Source: the human T2T-CHM13v2.0 reference genome, Homo sapiens | Direction: 5' to 3' (one strand) | DNA length: 64,000 nt | Assembly (NCBI RefSeq): GCF_009914755.1 | Contig: NC_060944.1 | Part shown: positions 1 to 11,600 of the stretch, one piece after another | Layout: the number at the start of each line of letters is the position of its first letter | How positions within the stretch are numbered: position 1 is the first letter of the stretch | Notes under the pieces: model-generated | Told to the model about the DNA's origin: nothing | Seen by the model: only the letters and a program-made list of their open reading frames with translations | Database searches by the model: none | Position numbers and translations under genes: made by a program

Positions 1-277
1 GGATGTTTCAATTGAAGTCACAGTGTTGAACATTCCCTTTCACAGAGCAGGTTTGAAACACTCTTTTTGTAGTGTCTATAAGTGAACATTTGGCGTGCTT
101 TCAGGCCTAACGTGAAAAAGGAAATATCTTCCCATAAGAACTAGACAGAAGCATTCTCAGAAACTTGTTTGTGATGTGTGCCCTCTACTGACAGAGTTGA
201 ACCTTTCCTTGCAAAGAGCAGCTTTGACACACTCTTTTTGTAGAATCTGCAAGAGGCTATTTGGATAGCTTTGAGGA

Positions 278-294
278 TTTCGTTGGAAACGGGT
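278..294 (+). promoter_or_regulatory. CENP-B box in m1 (core intact)
   Basis: TTTCGTTGGAAACGGGT matches the NTTCGNNNNANNCGGGN core; recurs each HOR. Confidence 0.9.
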
Positions 295-618
295 ATGTCT
301 TCAGATAAACTCTAGACAGAAGCATTCTCAGAAACTTCTTTGAGATGTTGCATTCAAGTCACAGAGTAGAACATTCCCATTCATAGAGCAGATTTGAAAC
401 ACTCTTTTTGTAGTATCTGAAAGTGGACATTTGGAGCGCTTTCAGGCCTATGATGAAAAAGGAAATATCTTCCCATAAAAACTAGACGGAAGCATTCTCA
501 GAAACTTACTTGTGATGTGTTTGCTCAACTAACAGAATTGAACCATCGTTTTGAAGGAGCAGTTTTGAAACACTGTTTTCGTGGAATCTGCAAGTGGATA
601 TTTGGCTAGCTTTGAGGA

Positions 619-635
619 TTTCGTTGGAAACGGGA
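619..635 (+). promoter_or_regulatory. CENP-B box in m3
   Basis: TTTCGTTGGAAACGGGA, canonical. Confidence 0.95.
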
Positions 636-956
636 TTACATATAAAAAGGAGACAGCAGCATTCTCAGAAACTTCTTTGTGATGTCTGCATTCAAGTCAC
701 AGAGTTGAGCATTCCCTTTCATGGAGCAGGTTTGAAACACTCTTTTTGTAGTATCTGGATGAGGACATTTGGAGCGCTTTCAGGCGTATGGTGAAAAAGG
801 AAATATCTTCCCGTAAAAACTAGACAGAAGCATTCTCAGAAATTTATTTGTGATGTGTGCCCTCAACTAACAGAGTTGAACCTTTCTTTTGATAGAGCAG
901 TTTTGAAACACTCTTTTTGTAAAATCTGCAAGAGGATATTTGGATGGCTTTGAGGA

Positions 957-973
957 TTTCGTTGCAAACGGGA
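957..973 (+). promoter_or_regulatory. CENP-B box in m5 (variant, core intact)
   Basis: TTTCGTTGCAAACGGGA; the G>C change lies outside the 9 essential positions. Confidence 0.8.
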
Positions 974-1298
974 ATGGCTTCATATAAATTCTAGACAGAA
1001 GCATTCTCAGAAACTTCGTTGGGATGTTTCGATTGAAGTCCCAGTGTTGAACATTCCCTTTTATAGCGCACGTTGGAAACACTCTTTTTGCATTCCCTGG
1101 AAGTGGACATTTGGAGCGCTTTCAGGACGACGGTGAAAATGGAAATATCTTCCAATAAAATCTAGATAGAAGCAATGTCAGAAACTTTTATGTGATGGAT
1201 CTACTCAGCTAACAGAGTTGAACCTTTCTTTTGAGAGAGCAGTTTTGCAACACTCTTTTTGTGGAATATGCAAATGGATATTAGGGCAGCTTTGAGGA

Positions 1299-1315
1299 TT
1301 TCGTTGGAAACGGGA
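1299..1315 (+). promoter_or_regulatory. CENP-B box in m7
   Basis: TTTCGTTGGAAACGGGA, canonical. Confidence 0.95.
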
Positions 1316-1636
1316 ATACATGTAAAAAGCAGACAGCAGCATTCTCAGAAACTTCTTTGTGATGTTTGCATTGAAGTCACAGAGTTGAACATTCCCTTTG
1401 AGAGAGCAGGTTTGAAACACGCCTTTTGTCATATCTGGAAGTGTCCATTCGGAGCGCATTCAGGCTTGTGTTGAAAAAGGAAATATCCTCCCATAAAAAC
1501 TAGACAGAAGCATTCTCAGAAACTTATTTGTGATGTATGTACTCAACTAACAGAACTAAACCATCGTTTTCAAGGAGCAGTTTTGAAACACCCTTTTTGC
1601 GGAATCTGCAACTGGATATTTGGCTAGCTTGGAGGA

Positions 1637-1653
1637 TTTCGTTGGAAACGGGA
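1637..1653 (+). promoter_or_regulatory. CENP-B box in m9
   Basis: TTTCGTTGGAAACGGGA, canonical. Confidence 0.95.
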
Positions 1654-1803
1654 TTACATACAAAAAGCAGACAGCAGCATTCTCAGAAACTTCTTTGTGA
1701 TGTTTGCATTCAAGTCGCAGAGTTGAACATTCCCTTTCATAGAGCAGGTTTGAAACACTCTTTTTGTAGTATCTGGATGTGGACATTTGGATCGCTTTCA
1801 GGC

Positions 1804-1820
1804 CTATGGTGAAAAAGGAA
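1804..1820 (-). promoter_or_regulatory. pJalpha (A-box) motif in A-type monomer m10
   Basis: + strand CTATGGTGAAAAAGGAA is the reverse complement of TTCCTTTTYCACCRTAG. Degenerate versions sit at the same position in the other even monomers. Confidence 0.75.
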
Positions 1821-1974
1821 ATATCTTCCCATGAAAACTAGACAGAAGCATTCTCAGAATCTTATTTGTGATGTGTGCCCTCAACTGACAGTGTTGAACC
1901 TTTGTTTTGATAGAGCAGTTCTGAAACACACTTTTTGTAAAATCTGCAAGAGGATATTTGGATAGCTTTGAGGA

Positions 1975-1991
1975 TTTCGTTGGAAACGGGA
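1975..1991 (+). promoter_or_regulatory. CENP-B box in m11
   Basis: TTTCGTTGGAAACGGGA, canonical. Confidence 0.95.
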
Positions 1992-2316
1992 ATGTCTTCA
2001 TGTAAACTCTAGACAGAAGCATTCTCAGAAAATGCTTTGGGATGTTTCAATTGAAGTCCCAGTGTTGAACATTCCCTTTCATAGAGCAGGTTTGAAACAC
2101 TCTTTTTGTAGTATCTGGAAGTGGACATTTGGAGCGCTTTCAGGTCTACGGTGAAAAAGGAGATATCTTCCAATAAAAACTAGATAGAAGCAATGTCAGA
2201 ACTTTTCTCATGATGTATCTACTCAGCAAACAGAGTTGAACCTTTCTTTTGAGAGAGCAGTTTTGAAACACTCTATTTGTGGAATATGCAAGTGGGTATT
2301 AGGCCAGCTTGGAGGA

Positions 2317-2333
2317 TTTCGTTGGAAACGGGA
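2317..2333 (+). promoter_or_regulatory. CENP-B box in m13
   Basis: TTTCGTTGGAAACGGGA, canonical. Confidence 0.95.
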
Positions 2334-2654
2334 ATACGTATAAAAAGCAGACAGCAGCATTGTCAGAAACTACTTTGTGATGTTTGCATTCAAGTCACAG
2401 AATTGAACACTCCCTTTCACAGAGCAGGTTTGAAACACTCTTTTTGTAGTGTCTGTAAGTGAACATTTGGATTGCTTTCAGGCCTAAGGTGAAAAAGGAA
2501 ATATCTTCCCATAAAAACTAGACAGAAGCATTCTCAGAAACTTGTTTGTGATGTGTGCCCTCTACTGACAGAGTTGAACCTTTCTTTGCAAAGAGCAGTT
2601 TTGAAACACCCTTTTTGTAGAATCTGCAAGAGGATATTTGGATAGCTTTGAGGA

Positions 2655-2671
2655 TTTCTTGGGAAACGGGA
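2655..2671 (+). promoter_or_regulatory. Degenerate CENP-B box in m15 (fixed defect)
   Basis: TTTCTTGGGAAACGGGA lacks the essential G of TTCG. Defective in every m15 copy I read. Confidence 0.85.
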
Positions 2672-5600
2672 ATGTCTTCAGATAAACTCTAGACAGAAGC
2701 ATTCTCAGAAACTTCTTTGGGATGTTTCAATTGAAGTCACAGTGTTGAACATTCCCTTTCACAGAGCAGGTTTGAAACACTCTTTTTGTAGTGTCTATAA
2801 GTGAACATTTGGCGTGCTTTCAGGCCTAACGTGAAAAAGGAAATATCTTCCCATAAGAACTAGACAGAAGCATTCTCAGAAACTTGTTTGTGATGTGTGC
2901 CCTCTACTGACAGAGTTGAACCTTTCCTTGCAAAGAGCAGCTTTGACACACTCTTTTTGTAGAATCTGCAAGAGGCTATTTGGATAGCTTTGAGGATTTC
3001 GTTGGAAACGGGTATGTCTTCAGATAAACTCTAGACATAAGCATTCTCAGAAACTTCTTTGAGATGTTGCATTCAAGTCACAGAGTAGAACATTCCCATT
3101 CATAGAGCAGATTTGAAACACTCTTTTTGTAGTATCTGAAAGTGGACATTTGGAGCGCTTTCAGGCCTATGATGAAAAAGGAAATATCTTCCCATAAAAA
3201 CTAGACGGAAGCATTCTCAGAAACTTACTTGTGATGTGTTTGCTCAACTAACAGAATTGAACCATCGTTTTGAAGGAGCAGTTTTGAAACACTGTTTTCG
3301 TGGAATCTGCAGGTGGATATTTGGCTAGCTTTGAGGATTTCTTTGGAAACGGGATTACATATAAAAAGGAGACAGCAGCATTCTCAGAAACTTCTTTGTG
3401 ATGTCTGCATTCAAGTCACAGAGTTGAGCATTCCCTTTCATGGAGCAGGTTTGAAACACTCTTTTTGTAGTATCTGGATGAGGACATTTGGAGCGCTTTC
3501 AGGCGTATGGTGAAAAAGGAAATATCTTCCCGTAAAAACTAGACAGAAGCATTCTCAGAAATTTATTTGTGATGTGTGCCCTCAACTAACAGAGTTGAAC
3601 CTTTCTTTTGATAGAGCAGTTTTGAAACACTCTTTCTGTAAAATCTGCAAGAGGATATTTGGATGGCTTTGAGGATTTCGTTGCAAACGGGAATGGCTTC
3701 ATATAAACTCTAGACAGAAGCATTCTCAGAAACGTCGTTGGGATGTTTCGATTGAAGTCCCAGTGTTGAACATTCCCTTTTATAGCGCAGGTTGGAAACA
3801 CTCTTTTTGCATTCCCTGGAAGTGGACATTTGGAGCGCTTTCAGGACGACGGTGAAAATGGAAATATCTTCCAATAAAATCTAGATAGAAGCAATGTGAG
3901 AAACTTTTATGTGATGGATCTACTCAGCTAACAGAGTTGAACCTTTCTTTTGAGAGAGCAGTTTTGCAACACTCTTTTTGTGGAATATGCAAGTGGATAT
4001 TAGGGCAGCTTTGAGGATTTCGTTGGAAACGGGAATACATGTAAAAAGCAGACAGCAGCATTCTCAGAAACTTCTTTGTGATGTTTGCATTGAAGTCACA
4101 GAGTTGAACATTCCCTTTGAGAGAGCAGGTTTGAAACACGCCTTTTGTCATATCTGGAAGTGTCCATTCGGAGCGCATTCAGGCTTGTGTTGAAAAAGGA
4201 AATATCCTCCCATAAAAACTAGACAGAAGCATTCTCAGAAACTTATTTGTGATGTATGTACTCAACTAACAGAACTAAAGCATCGTTTTGAAGGAGCAGT
4301 TTTGAAACACCCTTTTTGCGGAATCTGCAACTGGATATTTGGCTAGCTTGGAGGATTTCGTTGGAAACGGGATTACATACAAAAAGCAGACAGCAGCATT
4401 CTCAGAAACTTCTTTGTGATGTTTGCATTCAAGTCGCAGAGTTGAACATTCCCTTTCATAGAGCAGGTTTGAAACACTCTTTTTGTAGTATCTGGATGTG
4501 GACATTAGGATCGCTTTCAGGCCTATGGTGAAAAAGGAAATATCTTCCCATGAAAACTAGATAGAAGCATTCTCAGAAACTTATTTGTGATGTGTGCCCT
4601 CAACTGACAGTGTTGAACCTTTGTTTTGATAGAGCAGTTCTGAAACACACTTTTTGTAAAATCTGCAAGAGAATATTTGGATAGCTTTGAGGATTTCGTT
4701 GGAAACGGGAATGTCTTCATGTAAACTCTAGACAGAAGCATTCTCAGAAAATGCTTTGGGATGTTTCAATTGAAGTCCCAGTGTTGAACATTCCCTTTCA
4801 TAGAGCAGGTTTGAAACACTCTTTTTGTAGTATCTGGAAGTGGACATTTTGAGCGCTTTCAGGTCTACGGTGAAAAAGGAGATATCTTCCAATAAAAACT
4901 ACATAGAAGCAATGTCAGAACTTTTTTCATGATGTATCTACTCAGCAAACAGAGTTGAACCTTTCTTTTGAGAGAGCAGTTTTGAAACACTCTTTTTGTG
5001 GAATATGCAAGTGGGTATTAGGCCAGCTTGGAGGATTTCGTTGGAAACGGGAATACGTATAAAAAGCAGACAGCAGCATTGTCAGAAACTACTTTGTGAT
5101 GTTTGCATTCAAGTCACAGAATTGAACACTCCCTTTCACAGAGCAGGTTTGAAACACTCTTTTTGTAGTGTCTGTAAGTGAACATTTGGATTGCTTTCAG
5201 GCCTAAGGTGAAAAAGGAAATATCTTCCCATAAAAACTAGACAGAAGCATTCTCAGAAACTTGTTTGTGATGTGTGCCCTCTACTGACAGAGTTGAACCT
5301 TTCTTTGCAAAGAGCAGTTTTGAAACACCCTTTTTGTAGAATCTGCAAGAGGATATTTGGATAGCTTTGAGGATTTCTTGGGAAACGGGAATGTCTTCAG
5401 ATAAACTCTAGACAGAAGCATTCTCAGAAACTTCTTTGGGATGTTTCAATTGAAGTCACAGTGTTGAACATTCCCTTTCACAGAGCAGGTTTGAAACACT
5501 CTTTTTGTAGTGTCTATAAGTGAACATTTGGCGTGCTTTCAGGCCTAACGTGAAAAAGGAAATATCTTCCCATAAGAACTAGACAGAAGCATTCTCAGAA

Positions 5601-8600
5601 ACTTGTTTGTGATGTGTGCCCTCTACTGACAGAGTTGAACCTTTCCTTGCAAAGAGCAGCTTTGACACACTCTTTTTGTAGAATCTGCAAGAGGCTATTT
5701 GGATAGCTTTGAGGATTTCGTTGGAAACGGGTATGTCTTCAGATAAACTCTAGACAGAAGCATTCTCAGAAACTTCTTTGAGATGTTGCATTCAAGTCAC
5801 AGAGTAGAACATTCCCATTCATAGAGCAGATTTGAAACACTCTTTTTGTAGTATCTGAAAGTGGACATTTGGAGCGCTTTCAGGCCTATGATGAAAAAGG
5901 AAATATCTTCCCATAAAAACTAGACGGAAGCATTCTCAGAAACTTACTTGTGATGTGTTTGCTCAACTAACAGAATTGAACCATCGTTTTGAAGGAGCAG
6001 TTTTGAAACACTGTTTTCGTGGAATCTGCAAGTGGATATTTGGCTAGCTTTGAGGATTTCGTTGGAAACGGGATTACATATAAAAAGGAGACAGCAGCAT
6101 TCTCAGAAACTTCTTTGTGATGTCTGCATTCAAGTCACAGAGTTGAGCATTCCCTTTCATGGAGCAGGTTTGAAACACTCTTTTTGTAGTATCTGGATGA
6201 GGACATTTGGAGCGCTTTCAGGCGTATGGTGAAAAAGGAAATATCTTCCCGTAAAAACTAGACAGAAGCATTCTCAGAAATTTATTTGTGATGTGTGCCC
6301 TCAACTAACAGAGTTGAACCTTTCTTTTGATAGAGCAGTTTTGAAACACTCTTTTGGTAAAATCTGCAAGAGGATATTTGGATGGCTTTGAGGATTTCGT
6401 TGCAAACGGGAATGGCTTCATATAAACTCTAGACAGAAGCATTCTCAGAAACTTCGTTGGGATGTTTCGATTGAAGTCCCAGTGTTGAACATTCCCTTTT
6501 ATAGCGCACGTTGGAAACACTCTTTTTGCATTCCCTGGAAGTGGACATTTGGAGCGCTTTCAGGACGACGGTGAAAATGGAAATATCTTCCAATAAAATC
6601 TAGATAGAAGCAATGTCAGAAACTTTTATGTGATGGATCTACTCAGCTAACAGAGTTGAACCTTTCTTTTGAGAGAGCAGTTTTGCAACACTCTTTTTGT
6701 GGAATATGCAAGTGGATATTAGGGCAGCTTTGAGGATTTCGTTGGAAACGGGAATACATGTAAAAAGCAGACAGCAGCATTCTCAGAAACTTCTTTGTGA
6801 TGTTTGCATTGAAGTCACAGAGTTGAACATTCCCTTTGAGAGAGCAGGTTTGAAACACGCCTTTTGTCATATCTGGAAGTGTCCATTCGGAGCGCATTCA
6901 GGCTTGTGTTGAAAAAGGAAATATCCTCCCATAAAAACTAGACAGAAGCATTCTCAGAAACTTATTTGTGATGTATGTACTCAACTAACAGAACTAAAGC
7001 ATCGTTTTGAAGGAGCAGTTTTGAAACACCCTTTTTGCGGAATCTGCAACTGGATATTTGGCTAGCTTGGAGGATTTCGTTGGAAACGGGATTACATACA
7101 AAAAGCAGACAGCAGCATTCTCAGAAACTTCTTTGTGATGTTTGCATTCAAGTCGCAGAGTTGAACATTCCCTTTCATAGAGCAGGTTTGAAACACTCTT
7201 TTTGTAGTATCTGGATGTGGACATTTGGATCGCTTTCAGGCCTATGGTGAAAAAGGAAATATCTTCCCATGAAAACTAGACAGAAGCATTCTCAGAAACT
7301 TATTTGTGATGTGTGCCCTCAACTGACAGTGTTGAACCTTTGTTTTGATAGAGCAGTTCTGAAACACACTTTTTGTAAAATCTGCAAGAGGATATTTGGA
7401 TAGCTTTGAGGATTTCGTTGGAAACGGGAATGTCTTCATGTAAACTCTAGACAGAAGCATTCTCAGAAAATGCTTTGGGATGTTTCAATTGAAGTCCCAG
7501 TGTTGAACATTCCCTTTCATAGAGCAGGTTTGAAACACTCTTTTTGTAGTATCTGGAAGTGGACATTTGGAGCGCTTTCAGGTCTACGGTGAAAAAGGAG
7601 ATATCTTCCAATAAAAACTAGATAGAAGCAATGTCAGAACTTTTTTCATGATGTATCTACTCAGCAAACAGAGTTGAACCTTTCTTTTGAGAGAGCAGTT
7701 TTGAAACACTCTATTTGTGGAATATGCAAGTGGGTATTAGGCCAGCTTGGAGGATTTCGTTGGAAACGGGAATACGTATAAAAAGCAGACAGCAGCATTG
7801 TCAGAAACTACTTTGTGATGTTTGCATTCAAGTCACAGAATTGAACACTCCCTTTCACAGAGCAGGTTTGAAACACTCTTTTTGTAGTGTCTGTAAGTGA
7901 ACATTTGGATTGCTTTCAGGCCTAAGGTGAAAAAGGAAATATCTTCCCATAAAAACTAGACAGAAGCATTCTCAGAAACTTGTTTGTGATGTGTGCCCTC
8001 TACTGACAGAGTTGAACCTTTCTTTGCAAAGAGCAGTTTTGAAACACCCTTTTTGTAGAATCTGCAAGAGGATATTTGGATAGCTTTGAGGATTTCTTGG
8101 GAAACGGGAATGTCTTCAGATAAACTCTAGACAGAAGCATTCTCAGAAACTTCTTTGGGATGTTTCAATTGAAGTCACAGTGTTGAACATTCCCTTTCAC
8201 AGAGCAGGTTTGAAACACTCTTTTTGTAGTGTCTATAAGTGAACATTTGGCGTGCTTTCAGGCCTAACGTGAAAAAGGAAATATCTTCCCATAAGAACTA
8301 GACAGAAGCATTCTCAGAAACTTGTTTGTGATGTGTGCCCTCTACTGACAGAGTTGAACCTTTCCTTGCAAAGAGCAGCTTTGACACACTCTTTTTGTAG
8401 AATCTGCAAGAGGCTATTTGGATAGCTTTGAGGATTTCGTTGGAAACGGGTATGTCTTCAGATAAACTCTAGACAGAAGCATTCTCAGAAACTTCTTTGA
8501 GATGTTGCATTCAAGTCACAGAGTAGAACATTCCCATTCATAGAGCAGATTTGAAACACTCTTTTTGTAGTATCTGAAAGTGGACATTTGGAGCGCTTTC

Positions 8601-11600
8601 AGGCCTATGATGAAAAAGGAAATATCTTCCCATAAAAACTAGACGGAAGCATTCTCAGAAACTTACTTGTGATGTGTTTGCTCAACTAACAGAATTGAAC
8701 CATCGTTTTGAAGGAGCAGTTTTGAAACACTGTTTTCGTGGAATCTGCAGGTGGATATTTGGCTAGCTTTGAGGATTTCTTTGGAAACGGGATTACATAT
8801 AAAAAGGAGACAGCAGCATTCTCAGAAACTTCTTTGTGATGTCTGCATTCAAGTCACAGAGTTGAGCATTCCCTTTCATGGAGCAGGTTTGAAACACTCT
8901 TTTTGTAGTATCTGGATGAGGACATTTGGAGCGCTTTCAGGCGTATGGTGAAAAAGGAAATATCTTCCCGTAAAAACTAGACAGAAGCATTCTCAGAAAT
9001 TTATTTGTGATGTGTGCCCTCAACTAACAGAGTTGAACCTTTCTTTTGATAGAGCAGTTTTGAAACACTCTTTCTGTAAAATCTGCAAGAGGATATTTGG
9101 ATGGCTTTGAGGATTTCGTTGCAAACGGGAATGGCTTCATATAAACTCTAGACAGAAGCATTCTCAGAAACTTCGTTGGGATGTTTCGATTGAAGTCCCA
9201 GTGTTGAACATTCCCTTTTATAGCGCAGGTTGGAAACACTCTTTTTGCATTCCCTGGAAGTGGACATTTGGAGCGCTTTCAGGACGACGGTGAAAATGGA
9301 AATATCTTCCAATAAAATCTAGATAGAAGCAATGTGAGAAACTTTTATGTGATGGATCTACTCAGCTAACAGAGTTGAACCTTTCTTTTGAGAGAGCAGT
9401 TTTGCAACACTCTTTTTGTGGAATATGCAAGTGGATATTAGGGCAGCTTTGAGGATTTCGTTGGAAACGGGAATACATGTAAAAAGCAGACAGCAGCATT
9501 CTCAGAAACTTCTTTGTGATGTTTGCATTGAAGTCACAGAGTTGAACATTCCCTTTGAGAGAGCAGGTTTGAAACACGCCTTTTGTCATATCTGGAAGTG
9601 TCCATTCGGAGCGCATTCAGGCTTGTGTTGAAAAAGGAAATATCCTCCCATAAAAACTAGACAGAAGCATTCTCAGAAACTTATTTGTGATGTATGTACT
9701 CAACTAACAGAACTAAAGCATCGTTTTGAAGGAGCAGTTTTGAAACACCCTTTTTGCGGAATCTGCAACTGGATATTTGGCTAGCTTGGAGGATTTCGTT
9801 GGAAACGGGATTACATACAAAAAGCAGACAGCAGCATTCTCAGAAACTTCTTTGTGATGTTTGCATTCAAGTCGCAGAGTTGAACATTCCCTTTCATAGA
9901 GCAGGTTTGAAACACTCTTTTTGTAGTATCTGGATGTGGACATTAGGATCGCTTTCAGGCCTATGGTGAAAAAGGAAATATCTTCCCATGAAAACTAGAT
10001 AGAAGCATTCTCAGAAACTTATTTGTGATGTGTGCCCTCAACTGACAGTGTTGAACCTTTGTTTTGATAGAGCAGTTCTGAAACACACTTTTTGTAAAAT
10101 CTGCAAGAGAATATTTGGATAGCTTTGGGGATTTCGTTGGAAACGGGAATGTCTTCATGTAAACTCTAGACAGAAGCATTCTCAGAAAATGCTTTGGGAT
10201 GTTTCTATTGAAGTCCCAGTGTTGAACATTCCCTTTCATAGAGCAGGTTTGAAACACTCTTTTTGTAGTATCTGGAAGTGGACATTTGGAGCGCTTTCAG
10301 GTCTACGGTGAAAAAGGAGATATCTTCCAATAAAAACTACATAGAAGCAATGTCAGAACTTTTTTCATGATGTATCTACTCAGCAAACAGAGTTGAACCT
10401 TTCTTTTGAGAGAGCAGTTTTGAAACACTCTTTTTGTGGAATATGCAAGTGGGTATTAGGCCAGCTTGGAGGATTTCGTTGGAAACGGGAATACGTATAA
10501 AAAGCAGACAGCAGCATTGTCAGAAACTACTTTGTGATGTTTGCATTCAAGTCACAGAATTGAACACTCCCTTTCACAGAGCAGGTTTGAAACACTCTTT
10601 TTGTAGTGTCTGTAAGTGAACATTTGGATTGCTTTCAGGCCTAAGGTGAAAAAGGAAATATCTTCCCATAAAAACTAGACAGAAGCATTCTCAGAAACTT
10701 GTTTGTGATGTGTGCCCTCTACTGACAGAGTTGAACCTTTCTTTGCAAAGAGCAGTTTTGAAACACCCTTTTTGTAGAATCTGCAAGAGGATATTTGGAT
10801 AGCTTTGAGGATTTCTTGGGAAACGGGAATGTCTTCAGATAAACTCTAGACAGAAGCATTCTCAGAAACTTCTTTGGGATGTTTCAATTGAAGTCACAGT
10901 GTTGAACATTCCCTTTCACAGAGCAGGTTTGAAACACTCTTTTTGTAGTGTCTATAAGTGAACATTTGGCGTGCTTTCAGGCCTAACGTGAAAAAGGAAA
11001 TATCTTCCCATAAGAACTAGACAGAAGCATTCTCAGAAACTTGTTTGTGATGTGTGCCCTCTACTGACAGAGTTGAACCTTTCCTTGCCAAGAGCAGCTT
11101 TGACACACTCTTTTTGTAGAATCTGCAAGAGGCTATTTGGATAGCTTTGAGGATTTCGTTGGAAACGGGTATGTCTTCAGATAAACTCTAGACAGAAGCA
11201 TTCTCAGAAACTTCTTTGAGATGTTGCATTCAAGTCACAGAGTAGAACATTCCCATTCATAGAGCAGATTTGAAACACTCTTTTTGTAGTATCTGAAAGT
11301 GGACATTTGGAGCGCTTTCAGGCCTATGATGAAAAAGGAAATATCTTCCCATAAAAACTAGACGGAAGCATTCTCAGAAACTTACTTGTGATGTGTTTGC
11401 TCAACTAACAGAATTGAACCATCGTTTTGAAGGAGCAGTTTTGAAACACTGTTTTCGTGGAATCTGCAAGTGGATATTTGGCTAGCTTTGAGGATTTCGT
11501 TGGAAACGGGATTACATATAAAAAGGAGACAGCAGCATTCTCAGAAACTTCTTTGTGATGTCTGCATTCAAGTCACAGAGTTGAGCATTCCCTTTCATGG

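Larger units (their letters stand above)
152..2870 (+). repeat. One complete canonical 16-mer HOR unit (m1-m16)
   Basis: Monomer starts at 152, 323, 493, 660, 831, 1002, 1173, 1340, 1511, 1678, 1849, 2020, 2191, 2358, 2529, 2700. Lengths 11x171 + 1x170 + 4x167 = 2719. Next m1 starts at 2871. Confidence 0.95.

Noticed and set aside
154-162. TTCTCAGAA quasi-palindrome (matches the STAT GAS consensus TTCNNNGAA) in most monomers
   Set aside because: It is a standard part of the alphoid consensus. A 9-bp match gives no evidence of function here.
1014-1030. CTTCGTTGGG in m6 resembling an extra CENP-B box
   Set aside because: Only the 5' half matches; the CGGG element is missing.
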